Source: Candidatus Woesebacteria bacterium
GTDB lineage: Bacteria > Patescibacteriota > Microgenomatia > UBA1400 > UBA1396
Direction of reading: 5' to 3'
Length of the DNA stretch: 64,000 nucleotides
Assembly: GCA_021208605.1 (NCBI GenBank)
Contig: JAJOJK010000005.1
Location: 10,214 to 74,213, forward strand
Part shown: piece by piece, positions 34,987-44,112 of the stretch
How the letters are laid out: each line of letters opens with the position of its first letter
Position numbering within the stretch: the stretch's first letter is position 1
Notes under the pieces: generated by a model
Told to the model about the DNA's origin: nothing
Database searches by the model: none
Seen by the model: the letters and a program-made list of their open reading frames with translations, nothing else
Made by a program: the position numbers and the translations under genes

Positions 34987-37227
34987 TTAGCTATCGCGAC
35001 GTGGGCCACGGCCGCGGCTGCCGCCACGACGATCACCACCACGATCTCGGCCACCACCTCGGCGGTCATTTCGACCACCGCGGTCGCGTCCGCCGCCTCG
35101 GTTTCCACCGCGGCTGCGACGCTCGCCACCTTCACCGTCATTGTCGGACTCTTTGCTCCACTCTTCAGGAGAAACCATCGACAAACGAATGCGATCACCT
35201 TCGAGTTGCTTCACCCAAACGTGAACGGTCTCATTGAGCTCAACCACATTGCGTGGATCATCGACAAAACCAGTGCCCATTTCAGAAACGTGAACGAGAC
35301 CAGTCTTTCCTGGAACGAGGTCGACGAAAGCACCGTAGTCTTCAATACGGGCGACCGTACCATCGAACTCCATACCTTCAGACAGTTCCAAAGTGAGGTC
35401 TTTAATAAACTTCACGGCTTTAGTGATATTTGCACGATCGATACCAGCAATGCTGACCATGCCGCTGTCGTCGATATTGACTTCAACTTCCAGGTCCTCT
35501 TGAATTTGCTTGATCACCTTACCACCAGGACCAATGACCGTACCGATTTTATCGACTGGAATCTGGACAGACTCAATCTTCGGCGCGTTCTCAGCCACAT
35601 CAGCGCGTGGTTCAGAGATGGCTTCCATCATGACATCCATGATGTGCATACGAGCCACTTTGGCCTGAGCCAAGGCAGTGCGCAGAATTTCGAGCGTAAT
35701 ACCAGAGATCTTGATGTCCATCTGCAGAGCAGTAATGCCATCGCGAGTTCCGGCCACCTTGAAGTCCATGTCACCGACGTGGTCTTCGAGACCTTGGATG
35801 TCAGTCAGGACAACAGTCTTGTCACCTTCCTTCATGAGACCCATGGCGATACCAGAAACTGGCTTGCGGATTGGCACACCAGCATCCATAAGGGCCAAAG
35901 TGCTTCCACAGACAGAAGCCTGAGAAGTAGAACCATTTGAGCTCATCACTTCAGAGACCACATGAATAGTGTATGGGAACTCTTCCTGAGTTGGGAGCAC
36001 TGGCAAGAGGGCGCGCTCGGCCAAAGCACCGTGACCAATTTCACGACGCTTCGGAGAACCGATGCGACCAGTTTCACCAGAAGCAAATGGAGGCATGTTG
36101 TAGTGGTGAATGTAGCGACGCTCCTCTTCACCTTCCATGTCTTCAATCAGCTGGGCCAAAGCCGGAGAGCCGAGTGTGGCCACCGACAGTACTTGGGTAG
36201 CACCACGTTTGAAGAGACCAGAACCGTGCACCATTGGCAACACACCAACTTCGGAAGTGATCTGACGCACTTCTTCCGTGGTACGACCATCTGGACGCTC
36301 ACCGTCTTCAATAATCATGCGACGGGCTTCTTTCTTCTGCAGTTTGCTGAAGATGTCCTCAAGCGGTGCATCGAGCAGGTCTTCACGCTCTTCACGCAGC
36401 TTGGCAATGATTTCAGAAATCACAGAAGATTTGCGTAAGTGAGCTTTTTCGACCACCGCCTCATGAATCTGATCGTGATAGGACTTGCTGAACTCTTTCA
36501 GTAAATCAGCATCAAGTTCAGGACTTTCGAAGGCAAATTTCTCTTTACCGACAGCATCTCGCAACTTGCTCAGTTCCGCAGAGATGTCAGCCAGAACCTG
36601 AGAACCAGCTTCAAACGCACGAACCATGGTTTCTTCGTCGACTTCGATAGCGCCGGCTTCGACCATCACAATCGCTTCTTTGGTACCAGCCAAAATTAAG
36701 TCCAGTACCGAAGAGGACTGCTCTTCATAAGTTGGGTTGAAAATGAAGCTGTCAGCGTCAGGATTGTAGCCAATACGGACACCAGAAACGGGACCAGCAA
36801 ACGGAATGGAAGAAATTTCCAATGCCGCCATCGAGGCAATCATCGCCAACGTGTCAGGATTGTTCTCGTGATCGACTGACAAAACAGAAGCCACGACCTG
36901 CACTTCACGGCGCATGCCATCGGGGAACAACGGACGGATCGAGCGATCAATCACGCGAGCAGACAAGATCGCATCATCAGAGGGGCGACCAGGTCGCTTT
37001 ACCCAGCGGCTGCCTTTAATGCGACCACCAGCGTAGAGGTTTTCCTGATACTCCACAGTCAGTGGGAAAAAGTCGAGACCGGATTCGCGGCCGACCGCTA
37101 CCGTGGCGTGCACCACCGTAGAACCACACTGCGCCAAAACGGCAGCATCAGCTTGTTCGGAAAATCTTCCGACAGTGAGTTGGATATCTTTATTGCCAAC
37201 TCGGATAGTTTGGGTATGAATACTCAT
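34987..37227 (-). CDS. pnp: Polyribonucleotide nucleotidyltransferase (PNPase) with an Arg/Gly-rich C-terminal extension
   Basis: RNase PH domains, KH and S1 domains are present. The C-terminal tail reads GGERRSRGGNRGGGRDRGGRNDRRGGGRDRGGDRRGGSRGRGPRRDS. Start at ATG 37227 with RBS GAAAGGAGAG. Confidence 0.9.
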   Translation of the reverse strand: MSIHTQTIRVGNKDIQLTVGRFSEQADAAVLAQCGSTVVHATVAVGRESGLDFFPLTVEYQENLYAGGRIKGSRWVKRPGRPSDDAILSARVIDRSIRPLFPDGMRREVQVVASVLSVDHENNPDTLAMIASMAALEISSIPFAGPVSGVRIGYNPDADSFIFNPTYEEQSSSVLDLILAGTKEAIVMVEAGAIEVDEETMVRAFEAGSQVLADISAELSKLRDAVGKEKFAFESPELDADLLKEFSKSYHDQIHEAVVEKAHLRKSSVISEIIAKLREEREDLLDAPLEDIFSKLQKKEARRMIIEDGERPDGRTTEEVRQITSEVGVLPMVHGSGLFKRGATQVLSVATLGSPALAQLIEDMEGEEERRYIHHYNMPPFASGETGRIGSPKRREIGHGALAERALLPVLPTQEEFPYTIHVVSEVMSSNGSTSQASVCGSTLALMDAGVPIRKPVSGIAMGLMKEGDKTVVLTDIQGLEDHVGDMDFKVAGTRDGITALQMDIKISGITLEILRTALAQAKVARMHIMDVMMEAISEPRADVAENAPKIESVQIPVDKIGTVIGPGGKVIKQIQEDLEVEVNIDDSGMVSIAGIDRANITKAVKFIKDLTLELSEGMEFDGTVARIEDYGAFVDLVPGKTGLVHVSEMGTGFVDDPRNVVELNETVHVWVKQLEGDRIRLSMVSPEEWSKESDNDGEGGERRSRGGNRGGGRDRGGRNDRRGGGRDRGGDRRGGSRGRGPRRDS

Positions 37228-37389
37228 ACTCTCCTTTCTTTGAGGAGAGGGAGATAGAGAAGTTTTCGCATCTACCGGGAAAATGATTGTTTTGTCCTGC
37301 CACAAAACGCTTACCCGGCACAGGTGAAAACACCAACTCTCTCCCGCACCTCTATGTTTTTCTTTACTTGTTCAGGGAGGTGTTTCGAA

Positions 37390-37425
37390 ATGGGGCGCGT
37401 GGCTGTTGCCTCGCGCCCCATCACC
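37390..37425 (-). promoter_or_regulatory. GC-rich hairpin in the rpsO-pnp intergenic region (terminator/attenuator or RNase III processing site candidate)
   Basis: GGGGCGCG-(12 nt)-CGCGCCCC stem between rpsO and pnp, analogous to the E. coli rpsO-pnp arrangement. Confidence 0.35.
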
Positions 37426-37435
37426 TCGTTCTATT

Positions 37436-37705
37436 TTACTTGCTCAAACCGAGCTCAGCAATAAGCTTGCTGTAGCGTTCTTCGTCTTTGTTCTTCAAAA
37501 AGTTCAAGAGACGACGACGCTTGGCGACCATCTTCAAAAGACCCTTACGGGAGTGGTCGTCTTTTTTGTGTTTCTTCAAGTGTTCAGTCAATTGGTTGAT
37601 AGACTCGGTCAAAAGGGCAATCTGCACCTCTGGAGAACCGGTGTCACCCTCGCTCTGCTGAAACTTGTTAATAATTTGTTGTTTGATCTGCGGATCTAAT
37701 GCCAT
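37436..37705 (-). CDS. rpsO: 30S ribosomal protein S15
   Basis: 89 aa reading [16 protein letters not shown]...[39 protein letters not shown]. Confidence 0.9.
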   Translation of the reverse strand: MALDPQIKQQIINKFQQSEGDTGSPEVQIALLTESINQLTEHLKKHKKDDHSRKGLLKMVAKRRRLLNFLKNKDEERYSKLIAELGLSK

Positions 37706-37838
37706 AAATATATCCTCCTTTTATCACCTCGCCCCGCTAGCCAGGTGAAAAAGCTTTATTTGGATGTGTAGTATAGCACACTTTGAAAAAACACCTCCCA
37801 AAATGTATCTTTTGCGCTATAATAATGTCCTTAACCGC

Positions 37839-37912
37839 GCCAGGGTAGCTCAGTTGGTTAGAGCATCGGATTCATAAACCGAAGGTCGTGGGTTCAACTC
37901 CCACCCCTGGTA
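37839..37912 (+). tRNA. tRNA with anticodon CAU (Met, or Ile2 if lysidinylated)
   Basis: GCCAGGG-TA-GCTCAGTTGGTTAGAGC-A-TCGGA-TTCATAA-ACCGA-AGGTC-GTGGG-TTCAACT-CCCAC-CCCTGGT-A. D-arm identical to Bacillus tRNA-Ile(CAU). G1-U72 wobble, A31-A39 mismatch, no encoded CCA. A TATAAT box lies about 25 nt upstream. Confidence 0.85.
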
Positions 37913-37928
37913 CTTTCCATTTACCATT

Positions 37929-38012
37929 TAGGTTTCTCCTGTGTTTCAATTTCCTCAAGAAGGAGAAACCTAGGATGCTCCTTCTTGAGGAAATTCTGCA
38001 ACAGGAGAAACC
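37929..38012. repeat. Cluster of mutually exclusive perfect inverted repeats (11-nt AGGTTTCTCCT/AGGAGAAACCT and 14-nt TCCTCAAGAAGGAG/CTCCTTCTTGAGGA, plus a third copy CAGGAGAAACC)
   Basis: Read directly between the tRNA (+) and hup (-). Segments 37929-37939, 37950-37963, 37961-37971, 37977-37990 and 38001-38011. Confidence 0.6.
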
Positions 38013-38125
38013 CGTTGACAATGCCCCCCAAAACCAAAAAGCGACCCACCTCGCGGTGAGTCGCTCCTTGTGTGGTAGTGTACAGTCTTTGCAGCACACT
38101 TATTAGGTAAGTTTTATTTCAGTGC

Positions 38126-38401
38126 TTACTTCACTGCGTCCTTCAGAGGCTTACCAGCCTTGAAGTTAACGACGTTGTGACTCTTGATAACACGAGTCAG
38201 TTCTTCGCGGCCGAATGGGACCACGCGCTTATCCGCAACCTTGCGGACATCAAATGTTCCAAAGCCAGACCATAAAACTTTTTGGCCCTTTCCTAAGGAA
38301 CGAGTCGTCTCTTCCAAGAATACTTCAATAGCTTCCTTGGCCGCTTTCTGGGTCAAGTTCGCTTTCTTGGCGACGACAGCAATAAGGTCAGATTTATTCA
38401 T
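38126..38401 (-). CDS. hup: HU family DNA-binding protein
   Basis: MNKSDLIAVVAKKANLTQKAAKEAIEVFLEE...GFGTFDVRKVADKRVVPFGREELTRV... Confidence 0.85.
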   Translation of the reverse strand: MNKSDLIAVVAKKANLTQKAAKEAIEVFLEETTRSLGKGQKVLWSGFGTFDVRKVADKRVVPFGREELTRVIKSHNVVNFKAGKPLKDAVK

Positions 38402-38425
38402 CCCTACTCCTTTTACGTCTTTTTT

Positions 38426-40147
38426 TTATTTGGCTACTGCACTGCCGCGAACCTCGCGGATAACGTTTACGGTTACTGTTCCGGGGTAGGTCATGTCTTC
38501 CTCATACCGGGCAGCTATTTGGGTGGCAATGACGTTTACGTCACGATCGGAAGATTTATCGGCCTTTAGTATAACACGAACCTCACGACCTGCCTGTATA
38601 GCAAACGATTTTTCGACTCCTTCATACGAGTCTGCGATCTCCTCCAGTTTTTGCAGACGTTGGACGTATTCTTCATGATTTTCATTTCGGGCCCCTGGTC
38701 GAGAGCCAGAAATTGCGTCGGAAATATAGACTAACACGGATTCCAAAGAAGTAAATGGTTCATCTTCGTGATGTTGGGCCACACAATCAATGACTTCTTG
38801 CGGAAAATTGTTCTTTTGCAAGTACCGAACACCGAGTTCGACGTGGTTGCCCTCGCCTTCAATCACTTTACCGATGTCATGCAACAAACAGCCCATGGTC
38901 ACCGTACGAACATCGAGTCCGAGTTCGTTGGCCAATTTGATACCAATTTGTGTTTCTTCCAACGTGTGCTGAATTAGGTTCTGACCATAGGAAAAACGGT
39001 ACTTGAAACGACCCAAACGACCCATGATCTCATTCGGCATGTTATAGATACCCACTTTGTGACAGAGGCGCTTGCCTTCTTCAAACATGATCTTCTCAAG
39101 TTCTTTGGTGACCTTTTTCACCACTTCGTCAATGCGGGTAGGTTGAATACGACCATCTTTGAGCAAACGCTCCAAAGAAATGCGGGCAATTTCGCGTCGT
39201 ACGGGGTCAAAACAGGACAGGCGCACCTCGTTAGGCGTCTCATCCAGCTCGACATCAACACCGGTCGAACGCTCGAAAGCACGGATATTGCGGCCATCTT
39301 TTCCAATGATGCGACCTTTCATGTCCGCATCCGGAAGTTTCACTACCGAAATCGTGAACTCTGGCACATAATCAGTCGCGCCATGTTTCATGGCATCAAC
39401 TAAAAACTCTTTCGCTTTTTCATCCGCTTCTTGCTCAGCGGCTTCCATTTTTTGTTGAATCATCAGCGCAGCCTGCTTGTCGACCGTGCGCTCGAGACGC
39501 TTGAGAATTTCTTGGCGAGCCTCATCGCGAGTGAGACTCCCAATGTTTTCGAGCTCATCAATCAACTCGGTGCGTTTTGCTTCCAGTTCAGTCTGCTTTT
39601 TCTCAAGTTCGTCACGCTTTTGATCCAATAAATCTTCACGCTTATCGACTTGCTTCAAGCGATCATTGATGGAGGAAATCTGACGATCTAAGTTTTTCTG
39701 CTGTTGCTCGATTTTTTCGAGTTCTTGCTTGACATCACGCTCAGCGGCTTCGCGAATTTGCAGCGCTTCAGACTTGGCTTCTAACAAAATTTCGCGGGAC
39801 TTTCCTTGAGCTTCTTGTACAATGCGCTCGGCTTCTTTTTCCGCATCAGCGAGCTTTTGCTTCATCTGCTGCTGTTCGCGGTACTCCTGCTGACGAGCCT
39901 CAGCCTGCTGAGCTTTATTCTGCTCAGTACGGCTTTTCTGCTTCTGCTTACTCTTTTGTAAGTAACTGCCTTTTTTGGCGCTCTTGCTCTGGTCTTCGCG
40001 CTTATCCGCGGAACGGTCGCGACGACGAGAATTACGAGATTTTTTGGAATTTTTGGAAGATGATCGCGAAGATGACTTCGTTTCTTCAGCTGAAGCGTCC
40101 GCTTTGCTGGACTGCAAAACCTGGGAAAATGATCGAAAGAATGACAT
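38426..40147 (-). CDS. rny: Ribonuclease Y (KH + HD domains) with a basic Ser/Arg/Lys-rich N-terminal extension
   Basis: KH region GRIIGKDGRNIRAFE; HD region LLHDIGK...HHE. N-terminus reads SSRSSSKNSKKSRNSRRRDRSADKRED, followed by a long coiled coil. Confidence 0.85.
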   Translation of the reverse strand: MSFFRSFSQVLQSSKADASAEETKSSSRSSSKNSKKSRNSRRRDRSADKREDQSKSAKKGSYLQKSKQKQKSRTEQNKAQQAEARQQEYREQQQMKQKLADAEKEAERIVQEAQGKSREILLEAKSEALQIREAAERDVKQELEKIEQQQKNLDRQISSINDRLKQVDKREDLLDQKRDELEKKQTELEAKRTELIDELENIGSLTRDEARQEILKRLERTVDKQAALMIQQKMEAAEQEADEKAKEFLVDAMKHGATDYVPEFTISVVKLPDADMKGRIIGKDGRNIRAFERSTGVDVELDETPNEVRLSCFDPVRREIARISLERLLKDGRIQPTRIDEVVKKVTKELEKIMFEEGKRLCHKVGIYNMPNEIMGRLGRFKYRFSYGQNLIQHTLEETQIGIKLANELGLDVRTVTMGCLLHDIGKVIEGEGNHVELGVRYLQKNNFPQEVIDCVAQHHEDEPFTSLESVLVYISDAISGSRPGARNENHEEYVQRLQKLEEIADSYEGVEKSFAIQAGREVRVILKADKSSDRDVNVIATQIAARYEEDMTYPGTVTVNVIREVRGSAVAK

Positions 40148-40371
40148 GGGAATACTCCTTTAGTACATTCCCACTACTCGAAGCACCAGCATCGGGTGCG
40201 AGCAATCTGTGAAGTAATATATTTCTCAAGATAGTCATGAGTAGTAGGTATACGTGTTGTTATATGTAGTACGTGTATGCGTAACTGTAGACCGTATTAT
40301 ACATCTTTGTAAACCACTGTGTGAACGAAAACCGTAGTGCAGTCCGCAACAAACTCCGCTACAATAGTGGG

Positions 40372-40581
40372 ATGCGGTGGCCTTGGTCAAAAACAACTGA
40401 CTTAGAGACTCCGTCTGCCCCTCTTCAGGTTGAGGCCTCCTCAGCGAATGTGCAGACTGATTCTGGTTTTTCTTTTTTGGCTGATTCTCCCAAAAAGGAC
40501 TTTTCTTTCTACTGGTTCTTCCTGGTTTTCTGGCTGACAGTCGTGGCCACGGTTTTGATCAGCTGGAAAATGATTGTTTAG
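40372..40581 (+). CDS. Hypothetical small membrane protein
   Basis: MRWPWSKTTDLETPS...FSFYWFFLVFWLTVVATVLISWKMIV with one C-terminal TM. Weak support. Confidence 0.2.
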   Translation: MRWPWSKTTDLETPSAPLQVEASSANVQTDSGFSFLADSPKKDFSFYWFFLVFWLTVVATVLISWKMIV

Positions 40582-40720
40582 CCTGGTTGTGGGAGCACCA
40601 ATCCGCAAACTCGCAGCTTGATTTTTAGCACTCACTTATATACAATGCTAACTCCACACCCTTGAGGAATGTGGTGTCAAATCAATAAAAAACCATCATA
40701 TAAATACTTTTTACACATTT

Positions 40721-43163
40721 ATGGCTATCAGCATTCGACACTCATCGGTAAAAAACTCCGCTCCCGCAGAGTCCAACGAGAAAACACCTGCCAAGCAAGA
40801 TCACCCGGCTTTACTGCCGCTGATTGCCTTGCGTGACGGCGTCATGTTCCCAAACACGGAAACGGTGCTCGTTTTTGGCCGCGAACAGTCACAACTTGCT
40901 CTGAATGCTGCCCAGGGATCACACAAGTACGTGGTCATCGTGGCGCAGAAAAAAGCTGCCACCGAAAACCCGACCCCCAAAGACCTCTACCAAATTGGTA
41001 CTCTCGCAAAAATTGAACGCACGCTGCAACACGAAGGTGAAACCCATGCTTTGATTCGTGGTATCCGCCGGGTTCGTGTTCAGTCATTCCAGCAAGAAAA
41101 ACCGTTTCCGGTGGTTATTGCTGAACAACTCGAAGAAAAACTCAAGCAGACGGATGAGTTCGAAGCTTCACTCAAGCACTTGTCGAATGTATTCCGCAAG
41201 ACGGTGCAATCCGGCAAAGCAGTCGAGTTCTTCAATTTTATGCAGTTGGTCGGGGGACTACAGTCGAAAGACTTGGTGGATCACATCGCTTCTGCTTTGG
41301 ATATTCCAACCCGTGACAAACAGCGCTTACTGGAACAGCTTGACGTCAACAAACGCGTAAAAGCGGTCATCGCCCACCTCACTCGCGAACAACACATTCT
41401 CAATATCGAACAAAAAATCAATAATGAAACCAAGAAGCAGATCGACGAGCGCATGCGAGAAAACGTCTTACGCGAACGCATGCAGGCTATCCAGCGCGAA
41501 CTCGGCGAACTCGACGAAGAAGAAGAGCTCGACGAACTCGAAGAGCGCATCAAAAAAGCGCGCATGCCAAAAAAGATTGAGGAAAAAGTCACCAAAGAAC
41601 TGCGTCGTTTACGCCAGATGTCGCCGATGCACTCGGAGTACTCCTATGTCATGAGCTGGCTAGAGTCGATGCTCGACATGCCCTGGAGCAAAAAATCACG
41701 GGGTCGTACTTCTCTCAAGCGCGCGGCGAAGGTGTTAGATCAGCAGCACTATGGTCTCGAAAAGGTGAAAGAACGCGTCTTAGAGCATTTGGCCGTCATG
41801 AAGCTGCGCGAACAAGATGGGAGCAAGTCTTCAAAAAAGAAAAATACCGACGACAAAACCCCACGTAAAAAATGTGCTGCCCACGATTCTCTGTTTTGTC
41901 GGTCCGCCTGGTGTGGGTAAAACATCAATTGGCCGTTCGATTGCTGAGTCGCTTGGTCGAGAGTTCGTGAAGGTGTCTTTGGGCGGCGTCCATGATGAGG
42001 CCGAAATCCGCGGACATCGTCGAACCTATGTCGGTGCTATGCCAGGAAAAATCATGCAAGGCATGGCGCAGGCTGGTACCAAAAACCCAGTTTTTATGCT
42101 CGATGAAGTCGACAAACTCGGCTCTGATTTTCGGGGTGATCCTTCCGCGGCTCTCCTAGAAGCCTTGGATCCAGAGCAGAACTTTGAGTTTACCGACCAC
42201 TATCTGGGCGAACCATTTGATCTCTCTGATGTGATGTTCATCACCACAGCTAACGTTTTGCACACGATTCCTGGTCCGCTCCGCGATCGTCTGGAAATTG
42301 TCGAATACACTGGATACACCTACGAAGAAAAATTCAACATTGCGCAGCAGTACCTGATTGATCAGGTTCGTGAAGGCGCCGGACTGAAGAAAACACAGTT
42401 TTCACTTACTGATGGCGCGCTCCGCGAAGTCATTGAACACTACACGCGTGAGGCTGGCGTTCGTGCTTTGAAGCGAGAGATTGCCAAAGTGGCGCGAAAA
42501 GTCGCGCGGCAAATCGCCGAAAAAGAAACAAAAAACGTCAAAGTCGAAAAACGCACCGTCAGCGACTACCTCGGTCCGATCAAAGTAATCGACACGCTCA
42601 TGGAGCTCGAAGACCAAATTGGTTTAGTGAACGGTTTAGCCTGGACGAGCACCGGCGGAGAAGTCATGCACATTGAGGCCGCACTCGCCACTGGCCAGGA
42701 AGGCTATACCATTACCGGTCAGCTCGGCGAAGTGATGAAAGAATCAGTCAAGGCGGCCTACACCTATGTTCGCTCGCACGCTGAGGAACTCGGGATTACG
42801 CCGCAAGCGTTCAAACATAACCACGTCCACATCCATGCTCCGGAAGGAGCTGTACCAAAAGATGGACCTTCGGCCGGTATTGCGTTGACGACTGTAATCA
42901 CGTCAGTTTTTGCCGAGAAAAAGATCAAACACACGGTGGCGATGACAGGCGAGGTGACGCTTCGCGGCAGAGTGTTACCCATTGGTGGATTAAAAGAAAA
43001 ACTCATTGCGGCACACCGAGCCGGCGTAAAACAGGCCTTTATTCCTAAACAGAATGAGAAAGACCTTGTCGACGTCCCAGAAAAGGTGAAAAAAGATATC
43101 ACCATTATCCCGGTGGAACACGTTAGCGAAGTCCTTGATCAGGCGCTTATCTGGAAAAAATAA
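40721..43163 (+). pseudogene. lon: ATP-dependent protease Lon (LonA), split by a +1 frameshift within 41817-41920 (poly-A runs)
   Basis: The Lon N-domain and coiled coil are in ORF 40721-41920. ORF 41817-43163 carries LPTILCFVGPPGVGKTS (Walker A), the AAA+ domain, and the protease domain with the PKDGPSAGIA Ser and K. The frames overlap across A6 tracts, and deleting one A restores a continuous ORF. Confidence 0.85.
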
Positions 43164-43196
43164 CAGCGTTTTGTGAAACTCAATCAGTGTTCGGCG

Positions 43197-44009
43197 CTAG
43201 TAGCCGAGCTGTTGCAAAGCTGCCTGATAGTTTTGATCGGACGTAATATCAAACCAAATTCCCTGAAACGGAAAAGCTAAGAGCTTTTGACTTTTGGCCA
43301 ATTGCGGGAAGACGTCGCTTTCGAGCATGGCTGGTGATTTTTTGGGAATCCATTCCAGCACTTCGGGCTCAAAAAGATAGACACCGGCATTCACGATACT
43401 GACAGTTTGCTCGGGTGTACTCCGCTGAAAATCGACGACGGTGTGCCCTTCAATAAAAACGTTGTCATACGTGGACAGCGTGCTACGAGGTTTGACGGCC
43501 ATGGTAAGCAGTCCACCTTGTTGCGTGTGAAACTCAGCCATCGCCTCAAGATCGATCGTCGTGAGAACATCGCCAGCAATGACGAAAAATGGTCCATCGC
43601 TCAGATACTTTTGCGCGCTAAGAATAGCACCTGCCGTGCCAGCCGGCGATGCCTCAAATACATACTTGATTTCCACTCCCAGCGACTTGCCCTCACCGAG
43701 TAATGTTTGGATATCTTTTCCTGATTCATTCGTGGCAATAACAATCTTGGTAACGCCAAATTTCTGCAGGTGCTCGATAGTGTGGACAATCAGCGGCTTA
43801 TCGTTGAGTAAGGTAAGCGGACGTGAAGGCTGGTCGGCATGTTTTTCACCACCAGCTAAAATCAAGGCGGTAGACAGGCGCGGCTGCAAGCTTTTCTGCA
43901 GCAAGTGCTCGATGGCATGCGAACGACTCCGAATGCGCTTTTTGTCGATTAAGCGGTCTATGGCGTCGAGGGTTGATTGGGAAAGGGTAATGGTGAGACG
44001 GGTTTTCAT
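43197..44009 (-). CDS. Ribbon-helix-helix (CopG-like) domain fused to a sugar-phosphate nucleotidyltransferase domain
   Basis: N-terminal MKTRLTITLSQSTLDAIDRLIDKKRIRSRSHAIEHLL (RHH). Then ALILAGGEKHADQPSRPLTLLNDKPLIVHTIEHL... GDVLTTIDLEAM, an NTP_transferase fold. Confidence 0.6.
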   Translation of the reverse strand: MKTRLTITLSQSTLDAIDRLIDKKRIRSRSHAIEHLLQKSLQPRLSTALILAGGEKHADQPSRPLTLLNDKPLIVHTIEHLQKFGVTKIVIATNESGKDIQTLLGEGKSLGVEIKYVFEASPAGTAGAILSAQKYLSDGPFFVIAGDVLTTIDLEAMAEFHTQQGGLLTMAVKPRSTLSTYDNVFIEGHTVVDFQRSTPEQTVSIVNAGVYLFEPEVLEWIPKKSPAMLESDVFPQLAKSQKLLAFPFQGIWFDITSDQNYQAALQQLGY

Positions 44010-44112
44010 GCTGACTTCTGGCTAAAAACAAAATATCACACTTTGTCATACGAAAGCAACGCCAGACAACACCGGTCAAAATGAAAATTGAAAAATAAAG
44101 AAACTGAAAAAA

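Noticed and set aside
35206-35940. 244-aa plus-strand ORF (and the overlapping 35962-36438 and 35678-35923 ORFs) inside pnp
   Set aside because: Entirely antisense to the well-supported PNPase gene. The translation has no domain signature, so these are frame artifacts of a GC-moderate coding region.
37888-38106. 72-aa ORF starting right after the tRNA(CAU) gene
   Set aside because: Begins inside the tRNA 3' flank and runs through the inverted-repeat cluster. Only the internal 43-codon segment with an RBS is even arguable, and that is mentioned in the findings.
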